From: a virus
Length of the DNA stretch: 64,000 nt
IMG/VR virus record: IMGVR_UViG_3300049203_000068
Location: 3,339 to 67,338 of that record
Strand: one strand, 5' to 3'
Shown: positions 1 through 7,579 of the stretch, in pieces
Layout of the letters: each line of letters starts with the position of its first letter
How positions within the stretch are numbered: position 1 is the stretch's first letter
Made by a program: the position numbers and the translations under genes
The notes under the pieces: model-generated
Seen by the model: only the letters and a program-made list of their open reading frames with translations
Database searches by the model: none
What the model was told of the DNA's origin: nothing

Positions 1-59
1 CGCCATTGCCTTTGTTCGTGGAATTGCTGCCCGCGTAAAAAGAAACCGGAGGTTAGACC

Positions 60-263
60 ATGAGTAAGTCAACGGATGAGCGCAAGAAGTCGCTCTTGCA
101 AAAGTGCAAACTCCAACGCGACATGCTCGCGTTCCTTGAAAAGTCGGTTGAGAATAACGAGGTCATTCACGCGGCGACGGTAGTTAAGACCATCACTGAG
201 ACGGCTGGCGATATAGTCTACGGAGCCGGAAGGTACAACGAAGCACTCATAGCGAAAGATTAG
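60..263 (+). CDS. hypothetical phage protein
   Basis: ORF with GGAGG RBS upstream; tightly packed operon. Confidence 0.7.
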   Translation: MSKSTDERKKSLLQKCKLQRDMLAFLEKSVENNEVIHAATVVKTITETAGDIVYGAGRYNEALIAKD

Positions 264-267
264 ACCA

Positions 268-477
268 ATGAGCACAACTAGGGACGAAACAATTGAACTG
301 ATCTTAGATCATTTGTTTACCAATGGCGACAAAGTAAAAGGGGATCGCCTGTTGCTGATTACTGAAGACTACTCAGGCGCGGCTAAAGTCAGCAACGCGC
401 GATATCTCGGCGGTTACAGCCGACCAGCCATCAGGAATTTATTACAGGACGCTCTCAGAGAAGGGAAGCCACGATGA
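268..477 (+). CDS. hypothetical phage protein
   Basis: ORF; ATGA overlap with next gene. Confidence 0.7.
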   Translation: MSTTRDETIELILDHLFTNGDKVKGDRLLLITEDYSGAAKVSNARYLGGYSRPAIRNLLQDALREGKPR

Positions 478-698
478 ATAACGATGATCTAACTAAGGAA
501 TCACGCTCGGTTTACGGATTAGCAATGGGCGAACTTGGCTATCGTGTCGGCAAGGATGGAATTACCGCGATCGAGCCTATCGACGTGAACGGCCAGATGG
601 CCTACGTGCCGTGGTTCAACGTCTGGCGTGGACAAACACTTGTCTGCAAGGTGAATGCTGCCCATGTTCATATTGTCGAGTACGCACCATCTAATTGA
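474..698 (+). CDS. hypothetical phage protein
   Basis: ORF; translational coupling. Confidence 0.7.
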   Translation: MNNDDLTKESRSVYGLAMGELGYRVGKDGITAIEPIDVNGQMAYVPWFNVWRGQTLVCKVNAAHVHIVEYAPSN

Positions 699-1006
699 GA
701 AGGGAAGCCACAGGAATGAGTGAGAAGGAACAACCGCAGATGCTTCGGATGGAATCAATTAGTAACGGAATAATCCAAACCGGGTTTAGCTGCCATCCCG
801 TCCGGGGGGATAGCCACCTGGAAGCCAACTGTGGACCCACGGCTGACGGGAAAAGACACCAGCCGCCACGGGTAGAGTTTTGGTGTGCTTCGGGCTGGTA
901 TAGCACGACCGAGGCTCGAACGTTCGCTAAAGCAATCATGGAAATCTGCGATAAAGCCGATTCTCTTTGGGAGCAAGTTAAAGATCGCGCGAGGGATACT
1001 CCATGA
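695..1006 (+). CDS. hypothetical phage protein (start may be ATG at 716)
   Basis: ORF in coupled operon. Confidence 0.6.
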   Translation: MRREATGMSEKEQPQMLRMESISNGIIQTGFSCHPVRGDSHLEANCGPTADGKRHQPPRVEFWCASGWYSTTEARTFAKAIMEICDKADSLWEQVKDRARDTP

Positions 1007-1221
1007 CTCTCACTACTGAACAACTACCAGTTGGCACGAAGATTCGATTTACGCAAACGCTTGAGTGTGACGCGAACGAGGATCATCCTGCGTTTACTTA
1101 TGCCGTGAAGGGCGACCTCGGTGAGATTACCGGACACGGTTGTCGTGAGGGTTACTGGGTGACGTGGGAACATTGGCCCACGCCGTTTGGTGCCAGCCGA
1201 GAGGAGTTTGAGCCGGTATGA
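1003..1221 (+). CDS. hypothetical phage protein (SH3-like small beta protein)
   Basis: ORF; ATGA overlaps at both ends. Confidence 0.65.
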   Translation: MTLTTEQLPVGTKIRFTQTLECDANEDHPAFTYAVKGDLGEITGHGCREGYWVTWEHWPTPFGASREEFEPV

Positions 1222-1496
1222 CTACTGAACAACTAGCCGCGCTAAAGGAAGTAGCAGAGCAGGTCAAGGGACCATTCCAAAGCGCTCTACACGAAGTTAT
1301 GTGGCGAGAAGAGTTTCACCAGCGATTCACTCCAACTACGTGTTTAGAGTTACTGGAGGAAGTGGAGCGGCTGACAGCACAGATAGATCGATTGTATACG
1401 TGCGTGGTGTGTGAGGCTACGCTGTGCGAACCTGAAACGCCGCCGCATTGCGAGGATTGTATTCTGAGGGAGGAACATTATGGATATGCCGACTAA
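1218..1496 (+). CDS. Ead/Ea22-like small protein with C-terminal Zn finger
   Basis: TPTTCLELLEEVERL motif; CxxC...CxxC. Confidence 0.55.
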   Translation: MTTEQLAALKEVAEQVKGPFQSALHEVMWREEFHQRFTPTTCLELLEEVERLTAQIDRLYTCVVCEATLCEPETPPHCEDCILREEHYGYAD

Positions 1497-1830
1497 TTCA
1501 TCAGAGGCGCAACCACAGGGAGTGGAACTGTTGCCGTGTCCATTCTGTAGACGTAAGTCGCTAGTCGAGGAGTTCCGTGATGGGGATGATCCGCAGCCGC
1601 TATTCGTGGTGACGTGCGAGGTCTGCCCGGTCAAGACCTACGATCAATTCTCGGCTCAAGAGGCCATTCGTATCTGGAACATCCGTGCAGATGATCGGTT
1701 CCGAGATCTGTGCCGTTCAGCGTTAGCTATTGCTAAGCGCAAGGGCAACGCTACTAACTGGGAGGCTTTCGTGAACCAACTAGAAAGGGCTTTCCACACA
1801 AACAAGCAGAAGGAGCACCTTGATGGCTGA
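1480..1830 (+). CDS. Lar-family restriction alleviation-like Zn-ribbon protein
   Basis: ELLPCPFC...VTCEVC...EAIRIWNIR signature. Confidence 0.75.
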   Translation: MDMPTNSSEAQPQGVELLPCPFCRRKSLVEEFRDGDDPQPLFVVTCEVCPVKTYDQFSAQEAIRIWNIRADDRFRDLCRSALAIAKRKGNATNWEAFVNQLERAFHTNKQKEHLDG

Positions 1831-2320
1831 AGCACCCGAACGGCTATTCGTTCAATTAACACCTATGGGCGGGACGATCTCTTATCTCAGTAGTCCACCT
1901 GATAATCGCAAACCCGTTTATGAATATATCCGCGTTGACCTTCCCCGCGCTACAGCAGACACTGAAAAGGCGGCACAACTAGCGGACGACTTTGCGCGAC
2001 GGCTGCGGAGCATTAACAATCACGCCACGGCAGCGGGAGTCGAAGTGTTAGCGAAAGAGATCCGCGAACTCACTCCCCGCGCTACTGGAGAAACAACAGT
2101 TGAGACGGCGCTGGCCGAGTTACGGGAGATGTTTCCGGGCAAGGTGATCATGGTTCGACGCGAAGACAGTTTTTATCCGCCTGACGGTCGGGATGCCGCA
2201 GAGACGAATTCGATGGTAACGATCAAGATCGGTTACTTGGAATCAGAACCAAAATTCAGAAGCTTTAGATCGCTTGAGGACTGCATGGCCCAAGTGCGCA
2301 AGTGGAAGGAATCGCAATGA
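1820..2320 (+). CDS. mosaic hypothetical protein; C-terminal domain paralogous to 63707-63931
   Basis: Shares ELREMFPG...CMAQVRKWKESQ with ORF 63707..63931. Confidence 0.7.
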   Translation: MMAEAPERLFVQLTPMGGTISYLSSPPDNRKPVYEYIRVDLPRATADTEKAAQLADDFARRLRSINNHATAAGVEVLAKEIRELTPRATGETTVETALAELREMFPGKVIMVRREDSFYPPDGRDAAETNSMVTIKIGYLESEPKFRSFRSLEDCMAQVRKWKESQ

Positions 2321-2389
2321 CTAAAGACGAAATAAAAGATCTTAAAGACGTACTACGCGACGCTGCGTGGTCTATTGTTCGAGACTCTG
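2291..2389 (+). repeat. 99-bp direct repeat, copy 1 (copy 2 at 63902-64000)
   Basis: Base-for-base identical, CAAGTGCGCAAGTGG...CGAGACTCTG. Confidence 0.95.
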
Positions 2390-2553
2390 CACTCTACAAA
2401 GATCGACTTCTCAGCAACGATGAATGCGACCGCAAGGCTGATTACTTAGCGGACTACTTACATTCAACCGCTATCGTGTGGATCGTGGATCAAGAGTGCG
2501 CAGAGATAGCACGCAAAGAAGCGGCTAATGCAGTAATGGAGGATGCAGCGTAA
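2317..2553 (+). CDS. hypothetical phage protein
   Basis: ATGA-coupled start (MTKDEIKD) after GGAAGGA. Confidence 0.7.
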   Translation: MTKDEIKDLKDVLRDAAWSIVRDSALYKDRLLSNDECDRKADYLADYLHSTAIVWIVDQECAEIARKEAANAVMEDAA

Positions 2554-2620
2554 ATGCCGACCTTTGGGCAAGCCATCAGGGCCGCGCGGCTTGGTTATCA
2601 CTGGAGCGTAAAGCACGTGC

Positions 2621-2836
2621 ATGATTCGGATCGACGCGCAGGGACCGCCGTGGCAAATCAATCTCTGCCCTCCTGACGCGTTACCAAAAGGGAAAGGCGA
2701 TAGGCACACGAGCGGAGAATATCGATGCTGGTGGGACAACCCGGATGTGCTGGACATGGTTCCCGATCTGCAAAGAGTGCGCGGCGTCAAGAGGCCGATC
2801 CTATTTCACGTCAACGATGAAGGCGAGCGGGTTTAA
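2621..2836 (+). CDS. hypothetical phage protein
   Basis: ORF; start uncertain. Confidence 0.45.
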   Translation: MIRIDAQGPPWQINLCPPDALPKGKGDRHTSGEYRCWWDNPDVLDMVPDLQRVRGVKRPILFHVNDEGERV

Positions 2837-3030
2837 TGGCAATTCTTAAATGGACATCCTTTCACGAGATCTCAGTAGCGCTAACAGATGAAGAAATGAG
2901 CGAAGTTGAGATCGGTCTATCTGGATTCGAGTCAAAGTATTCGATCTATTTTTCTACTCGTGAGGTAGCGATTAAAGATTTAAGAGCTGCGGCAGACTGG
3001 CTTGAAGGGGAGAAAGATGAGCGACGCTGA
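2836..3030 (+). CDS. hypothetical phage protein
   Basis: TAATG overlap with previous stop. Confidence 0.65.
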   Translation: MAILKWTSFHEISVALTDEEMSEVEIGLSGFESKYSIYFSTREVAIKDLRAAADWLEGEKDERR

Positions 3031-3196
3031 ATACGAAGAATTTATCCGATCCATACCGCCTGAGAATTGGCATTGTCAGAAGTGCGCGGGCCCGTTCGTC
3101 TTCGATGGCAACTCCTATGCGTGTGACCGCTGCGAAATGATGTGGCCTGCCGCCCATATCGTTCAGTTTGGTTATGCGGATCTAACACGCGAATGA
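3002..3196 (+). CDS. small Zn-ribbon protein
   Basis: CQKC...CDRC. Confidence 0.6.
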   Translation: MKGRKMSDAEYEEFIRSIPPENWHCQKCAGPFVFDGNSYACDRCEMMWPAAHIVQFGYADLTRE

Positions 3197-3221
3197 CCGC
3201 CTATTACAAAGAAATTTAGCG

Positions 3222-3566
3222 ATGTTCAGTGCTTATAAAATCACGAGCCAGGTGAGCCACAAGGCTTACATTGGAATAACCGCCGTTGGCGTCGACGTTC
3301 GCTGGCGCGAGCACGTTCAAGAATCAAGGCGTGGTAAAACGGGCGCACTTCATGCCGCCATCCGAAAATACGGGAGCGAAACGTTTAACGTTGTGCACAT
3401 AGCGTCGGCGGTATCACGAGAAGACCTTTTGCTCCTTGAAAAACTGTTAATTGCCCAGCACGGAACCCGAGCACCCAACGGCTACAACCTAACGATAGGC
3501 GGTGATGGCTGTCTTGGGCTCAGGATAACGAGATTCACAGCCCATCTGCATGGAAGCGCGATTTGA
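3222..3566 (+). CDS. GIY-YIG endonuclease (nuclease domain only, probably truncated)
   Basis: AYKIT...YIGIT...RWREH...E...GYNLTIGGDG motifs. Confidence 0.85.
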   Translation: MFSAYKITSQVSHKAYIGITAVGVDVRWREHVQESRRGKTGALHAAIRKYGSETFNVVHIASAVSREDLLLLEKLLIAQHGTRAPNGYNLTIGGDGCLGLRITRFTAHLHGSAI

Positions 3567-3691
3567 TTGCGGCGGGATGGACCGAAGAGCGACATACAGT
3601 CTGGAAAGATCCTGAAGGCAACCTGTGGCGCGGGCCATATGGCGCATGGTGCGAGCTTCGGCGGCGGATAGCGAAGGAGTGTTTCAAATGA
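3506..3691 (+). pseudogene. start-less remnant of a small phage gene
   Basis: Open frame without ATG reading ...AWKRDLIAAGW...WKDPEGNLWRGPYGAWCELRRR; its stop overlaps the next ATG. Confidence 0.45.
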
Positions 3692-4806
3692 CAACTAACA
3701 AGCATCAACCACCAGCACCGCCAGAGCGCGTGTGGTTAGAATTTTTTGGCGGCAACGTGCGCGGGGTATCGGTCTACGTTCCTGAGTGGCACGACAACAC
3801 GCCGATTACTCACCGACTGGAACGGATTAAGCAGAACGGTTTTTCCTACGCCCGCGTCCACGAGGTTGACGAAGGGCGAGTGAGGGACGGTTCCGCGTGT
3901 CTGCACGAGACATGTACACGCCCGCTGGACTGTCGCTATTACTGCATGGAGCGTCATTCACGGCTTTGCGTTGAGCCTCGGAACCGAATCGGCTTAGCGC
4001 GGACGGAAGCAGGGAAGTGCGAGCACGGGGTCTTGTGGAGTATGGAATGTTTGTCGTGCGGACATTCAGACTTCGAGGCCGCGCCTGTCTCCAGTAGTGA
4101 GCGCCGCTGTGGAGAATGTGGTCACGTTGATGCGATTGATCCACATGGTCGATGTATGTCCGTCTACTACGATGCCGGAGGCAGTCTGGTTTATTGCGGC
4201 TGCAAGTGCGTATTCCCTGCATCAACTAAAGAGACGGCGGAACAGTTTGAGCGTGACTTTGCGGCGTGGCAGCGCAAGGTGAATGAAAGCATTGAGGCAA
4301 CGCGACAATTAGAGATACTAACCGCCGAAGACTTTAACATCCGTATCAACGCACGGGCCGACGATCCCGCTCTCGCTATGGCACCAGCACCAAAGGAGCA
4401 TATAGTTGAATGTGGGGTTTGGACCGATCCTAACGCCGCGTGTACGTGCATTGAGTCGGACACTCCCACTGCTGCGGCAACAGCAGAGATTGATCGTCTA
4501 ACCTCAGAACTAAAAGCGGTTCAAGAACGTGCAGCATCTGAAATATCAGAATTAGCTGTGGCGGTAACGGATCTGAAGTTTGAATTGTATAACGCCGGAT
4601 TCGAGATTGAGCAGCTTAACGCGGAAGTAGAGCGACTGCGCAACCAACGTGATTCCGCTCGAGCTAACGCTATAAATGAAGCACTAATTGCGGTTGAAGA
4701 TCTCCGCAAGGCTTATCCTGAGAGCGTATTTACGCGACATCTACTCAACGTGGTTATCGCTGCGCTTGAGTCTCTCAAGCAAAAAGAATCCAGTTTCCAA
4801 AAGTGA
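3688..4806 (+). CDS. mosaic Cys-rich / coiled-coil hypothetical protein
   Basis: AAGGAG RBS before ATG 3688; several Cys/His clusters; C-terminal coiled coil. Confidence 0.7.
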   Translation: MTTNKHQPPAPPERVWLEFFGGNVRGVSVYVPEWHDNTPITHRLERIKQNGFSYARVHEVDEGRVRDGSACLHETCTRPLDCRYYCMERHSRLCVEPRNRIGLARTEAGKCEHGVLWSMECLSCGHSDFEAAPVSSSERRCGECGHVDAIDPHGRCMSVYYDAGGSLVYCGCKCVFPASTKETAEQFERDFAAWQRKVNESIEATRQLEILTAEDFNIRINARADDPALAMAPAPKEHIVECGVWTDPNAACTCIESDTPTAAATAEIDRLTSELKAVQERAASEISELAVAVTDLKFELYNAGFEIEQLNAEVERLRNQRDSARANAINEALIAVEDLRKAYPESVFTRHLLNVVIAALESLKQKESSFQK

Positions 4807-4828
4807 GCGTTAATGCCCAAGTGCAACT

Positions 4829-4858
4829 TTGATTCTCCCATCCGTCTGATTCTACAAT
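4829..4858 (+). promoter_or_regulatory. sigma70-type promoter for leaderless HTH gene
   Basis: TTGATT-N18-TACAAT; GTG start 7 nt downstream. Confidence 0.5.
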
Positions 4859-4865
4859 TGCGGCC

Positions 4866-5066
4866 GTGACTCCTGAAGAGCTTAAACAATGGCGAGACAA
4901 GCATAGGCTTTCACAATCAATGCTGGCCAGTCGTTTGGGCGTCAGCACTAATACCGTTGCTCGCTGGGAACGTGGTGAGATGGCGTACCCGCCCTTTCTG
5001 GAACTCGCATTGCGCACCATCGCGCTCGACCTAAAGCCGAAAACAAGATCCTCAAAACGGCCTTGA
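4866..5066 (+). CDS. Xre/Cro-family HTH regulator
   Basis: LKQWRDKHRLSQSMLASRLGVSTNTVARWERGE is a typical HTH_XRE pattern. Confidence 0.9.
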   Translation: MTPEELKQWRDKHRLSQSMLASRLGVSTNTVARWERGEMAYPPFLELALRTIALDLKPKTRSSKRP

Positions 5067-5091
5067 CTCCTATATACCGCCCGTATATACT
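5063..5091 (+). promoter_or_regulatory. sigma70 promoter with overlapping palindromic operator
   Basis: TTGACT-N17-TATACT; inverted repeat TATATAC-N5-GTATATA at 5071-5089. Confidence 0.75.
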
Positions 5092-5167
5092 GACTGCCTA
5101 ATTGAAGCGGGTCGCCAAGGTGCTTAGAACACCCCGGCAACCCTGACCATAAACATCTAACTAGGAG

Positions 5168-5641
5168 ATGATCATGGCTTCCGCAAATCTTAACTCACGG
5201 CGTTCGCGCCAACAAACCTTCGACCTAACAACCATACTGGACGGAATAAGACAGCCGGAATACGTCCATCTAGTTAATGCTGATGACGGCGAACTGCATA
5301 ACGGCGACTATTTACTAGTGGATCGCCTGCGACGCCCGCGTAAAGGTGATTGGGTTGTCTGGAGCGAAGATAATCAGCACCATATCTGCCGATACGAGAG
5401 CGCAGCTAAAACCGGAGAGATCTACGCCGTTGTTGTTTCATTAATCCGCGACTTCCGCAAAATCAAACGTCCAAAATCACAAGACAGAAAGATCTCTCAG
5501 TTAAATGACGCTCTTGCTCGCCTTGAGCGTGTGCCTGAAAACGAGGCTGAACGATTCAGGCTGGAGACGGAGATCTTTAAGTTGGGGCACGTCTCAGACA
5601 TGGAAGAATGGCCGGACGTGATCGGGGTGCAGCATGAGTGA
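5168..5641 (+). CDS. degenerate S24/LexA C-terminal-like protein
   Basis: LHNGDYLLVDR...PRKGDWVV...EIYAVVV resembles the S24 fold; catalytic Ser (GxSM) is absent; AGGAG RBS. Confidence 0.55.
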   Translation: MIMASANLNSRRSRQQTFDLTTILDGIRQPEYVHLVNADDGELHNGDYLLVDRLRRPRKGDWVVWSEDNQHHICRYESAAKTGEIYAVVVSLIRDFRKIKRPKSQDRKISQLNDALARLERVPENEAERFRLETEIFKLGHVSDMEEWPDVIGVQHE

Positions 5642-5801
5642 GCAGCACCCACACAACAAGATTGGCAACGCGATCGGCCAGTGCAAGAGGCGGTTATTTG
5701 ACGCCCTTCGGCTTGGCGCGGATCTCGAACTCGCGATCAGTAACTTCCTCGCGGATCTAACTCGCGAGCTAGCCGAAATCGTGAAAGGGGAACACAGATG
5801 A
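5634..5801 (+). CDS. small hypothetical protein (55 aa, MSEQHPHNK...)
   Basis: Translated by hand; overlaps upstream stop; ATGA-coupled to next ORF. Confidence 0.55.
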   Translation: MSEQHPHNKIGNAIGQCKRRLFDALRLGADLELAISNFLADLTRELAEIVKGEHR

Positions 5802-5917
5802 TCACCTTCACGTTCAGTCTATTCGGTCGGCCCTTTACATTTTGGTTTGGCTTCCATAGAGCGATCCGAGTGCCCGGATTCGAGAAGACAGGAGTGAGAT
5901 CATGGCCACCCCGTTAA
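5798..5917 (+). CDS. small Phe-rich peptide (39 aa, MITFTFSLFGRPF...)
   Basis: Translated by hand; AAGGGG RBS; coupled start. Confidence 0.4.
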   Translation: MITFTFSLFGRPFTFWFGFHRAIRVPGFEKTGVRSWPPR

Positions 5918-6528
5918 AAGCGCTACTTCCGACAACGAACGATGCCGCGTCCACCATCTCTTTCGAGGAGCCGTACATCGTTGCATTTGCGATTGAGGGG
6001 ACGGCTCCGCTAATCTTTCACCGCTGGTCTTGCGAGGCAGTAGAAGAAAAGGCCAAAGCCGCCAAGAATAGTAAGGCTAAGAAAACCGATAATATCGAGA
6101 GTTACGTTTACCGCAACGAACTGAATCAAATCTGTCTGCCCGGCGAATACATCCGACAAAGCATGATTCATGCGGCGAAGTTCAAACAAGATCCACGCTC
6201 GCCACGCAAGTCAGCAATGGATCTTTTTAAGGCGGGTATCGTTGCGTTAACAGAACTCGCGCCGTTGAACGGCGGGACCGAAACATGGGATTACATCGAT
6301 CAGCGTCGCGTTGTGGTTCAACGGAACGCCATCTCTCGGATGCGTCCAGCGTTTGCAAGGGGATGGACCGCCGACTTTGAATTCTCGGTAATAATACCGG
6401 AGTATATCGACTCCCAGTTATTGCATGAGGTTCTAACATTGACTGGACGGTTGATAGGAACGGCTGACTGGCGGCCCTCTTACGGAAGGTTTCAAGTCAG
6501 TAAGTATGAGGTTTTACAGTTAAGGTGA
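5902..6528 (+). CDS. solo RAMP/Cas7-like RNA-binding protein
   Basis: N-terminal strand IEGTAPLIFH; LPGEYIRQSM (Cas7-like PG..xR helix); thumb-like hairpin RRVVVQRNAISRMRP; C-terminal G-rich loop GRLIGTADWRPSYGRF; AGGAG RBS. Confidence 0.8.
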   Translation: MATPLKALLPTTNDAASTISFEEPYIVAFAIEGTAPLIFHRWSCEAVEEKAKAAKNSKAKKTDNIESYVYRNELNQICLPGEYIRQSMIHAAKFKQDPRSPRKSAMDLFKAGIVALTELAPLNGGTETWDYIDQRRVVVQRNAISRMRPAFARGWTADFEFSVIIPEYIDSQLLHEVLTLTGRLIGTADWRPSYGRFQVSKYEVLQLR

Positions 6529-6627
6529 GGAACGCTGGGGTATGGTGAGGTACGGTTTGCGGAGGTTAGGTGCGCCGTGCTATGGCAAGCTGAGGATACG
6601 GCCAGTTTCGGCTGGCCGTTCTCTTTT
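6519..6627 (+). ncRNA. candidate guide RNA: phased G[G/C]N-NN pentamer array plus 3' hairpin
   Basis: 15 consecutive pentamers at 6524-6598 all begin G[G/C] (7 are GGT) with a variable last dinucleotide; lies directly after the RAMP-like gene. Confidence 0.75.
6598..6627 (+). terminator. intrinsic terminator with UUCG tetraloop
   Basis: ACGGCCAGT-TTCG-GCTGGCCGT then TCTCTTTT. Confidence 0.85.
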
Positions 6628-6751
6628 GGTGCATATTGAAGCAACTGTTCGCTGGTGAGCATCGCTCATGAGCAGAATGATCAGAACTGCGGCGCTTTTT
6701 ATAAGGCACTCGGATTGCTAAGGCTGAATGTGTGACTGGCTTTATGAAACT

Positions 6752-6859
6752 ATGAAACGAGTTTTTCTCATCCTCGCTTTGTTCTTTGTGGCCGCAGTCT
6801 TTGTCGCCGCACTCTATATTGCTTTGTGGGCCGCGTCAAAGGGCATGGGTGCGTTATGA
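6752..6859 (+). CDS. small membrane peptide (35 aa)
   Basis: MKRVFLILALFFVAAVFVAALYIALWAASKGMGAL, translated by hand. Confidence 0.45.
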   Translation: MKRVFLILALFFVAAVFVAALYIALWAASKGMGAL

Positions 6860-7579
6860 AGCGCTCAGCCCAAATCTACTGTTTATGTAATTGATCAATG
6901 TGGTCCTATCCCCACTGCTCAGCTTTGCGGAGCAGAGATACATTCCGGCATATTGACCCACAAACCATGAAGTCCCTGCACCGGAGAGACCTAGACGCAT
7001 GCTGTTGTTAAATCCAACGGCATTAGTCCCTGACGTAAACAGCGTTTCCGTCCCGTCCAGCAGGACCGTGTACTCGGTGGACGTTGTAATTATTTCTAGT
7101 AGTCGCCAAGAGGCGAGGGATAATGTTGGATTTGTACAAGTGCGTCGAGTCGTACTTCCCGCGCCCATGTACACCTTGCTGTCAGTAAACGGGTACGCAT
7201 CCGGTATGGCAATGCTGACTGTGCCAATATTCCAAAGCTGATTTCTTGAAGCAATACCTGGATCGTTTACGGCCTTGACTATCAGGAAAATATGCCCTGC
7301 GGTGAGCGCGGTGCCATCTACCCCTGACCATCCCTGTCGAACACTCGCACCTACATCAGCCACAGCCAACCCGTTGAGTTGGTTTGTTTTGAACGTTGGT
7401 CGATCAGTTCCCGCGGAGGTAAAGTTCTTCGCAGCGAACTGCCCAGTCAGCGTTCCCATTGGATCGTTGTCGGCGTAAGAGTCCCGCGAAGGTTCCCACC
7501 ATTCCCAAATACTGGAGAGTGTTGAGGGAACGGCGGGTCCGGCGGGAGCTAGCAAATACGGATTAACTAAATTGCTCAC
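6854..7579 (-). CDS. LamG/concanavalin-like tail accessory protein
   Basis: RPTFKTNQLNGLAV...LINYINSRFGL pattern; end of tail operon. Confidence 0.7.
   Translation of the reverse strand: MSNLVNPYLLAPAGPAVPSTLSSIWEWWEPSRDSYADNDPMGTLTGQFAAKNFTSAGTDRPTFKTNQLNGLAVADVGASVRQGWSGVDGTALTAGHIFLIVKAVNDPGIASRNQLWNIGTVSIAIPDAYPFTDSKVYMGAGSTTRRTCTNPTLSLASWRLLEIITTSTEYTVLLDGTETLFTSGTNAVGFNNSMRLGLSGAGTSWFVGQYAGMYLCSAKLSSGDRTTLINYINSRFGLSAS

Noticed and set aside
6519-6598. Pentamer array as a CRISPR array or simple microsatellite
   Set aside because: There are no 25-40 bp repeats with spacers. The last two bases of each unit vary freely while phase is kept, unlike slippage repeats.
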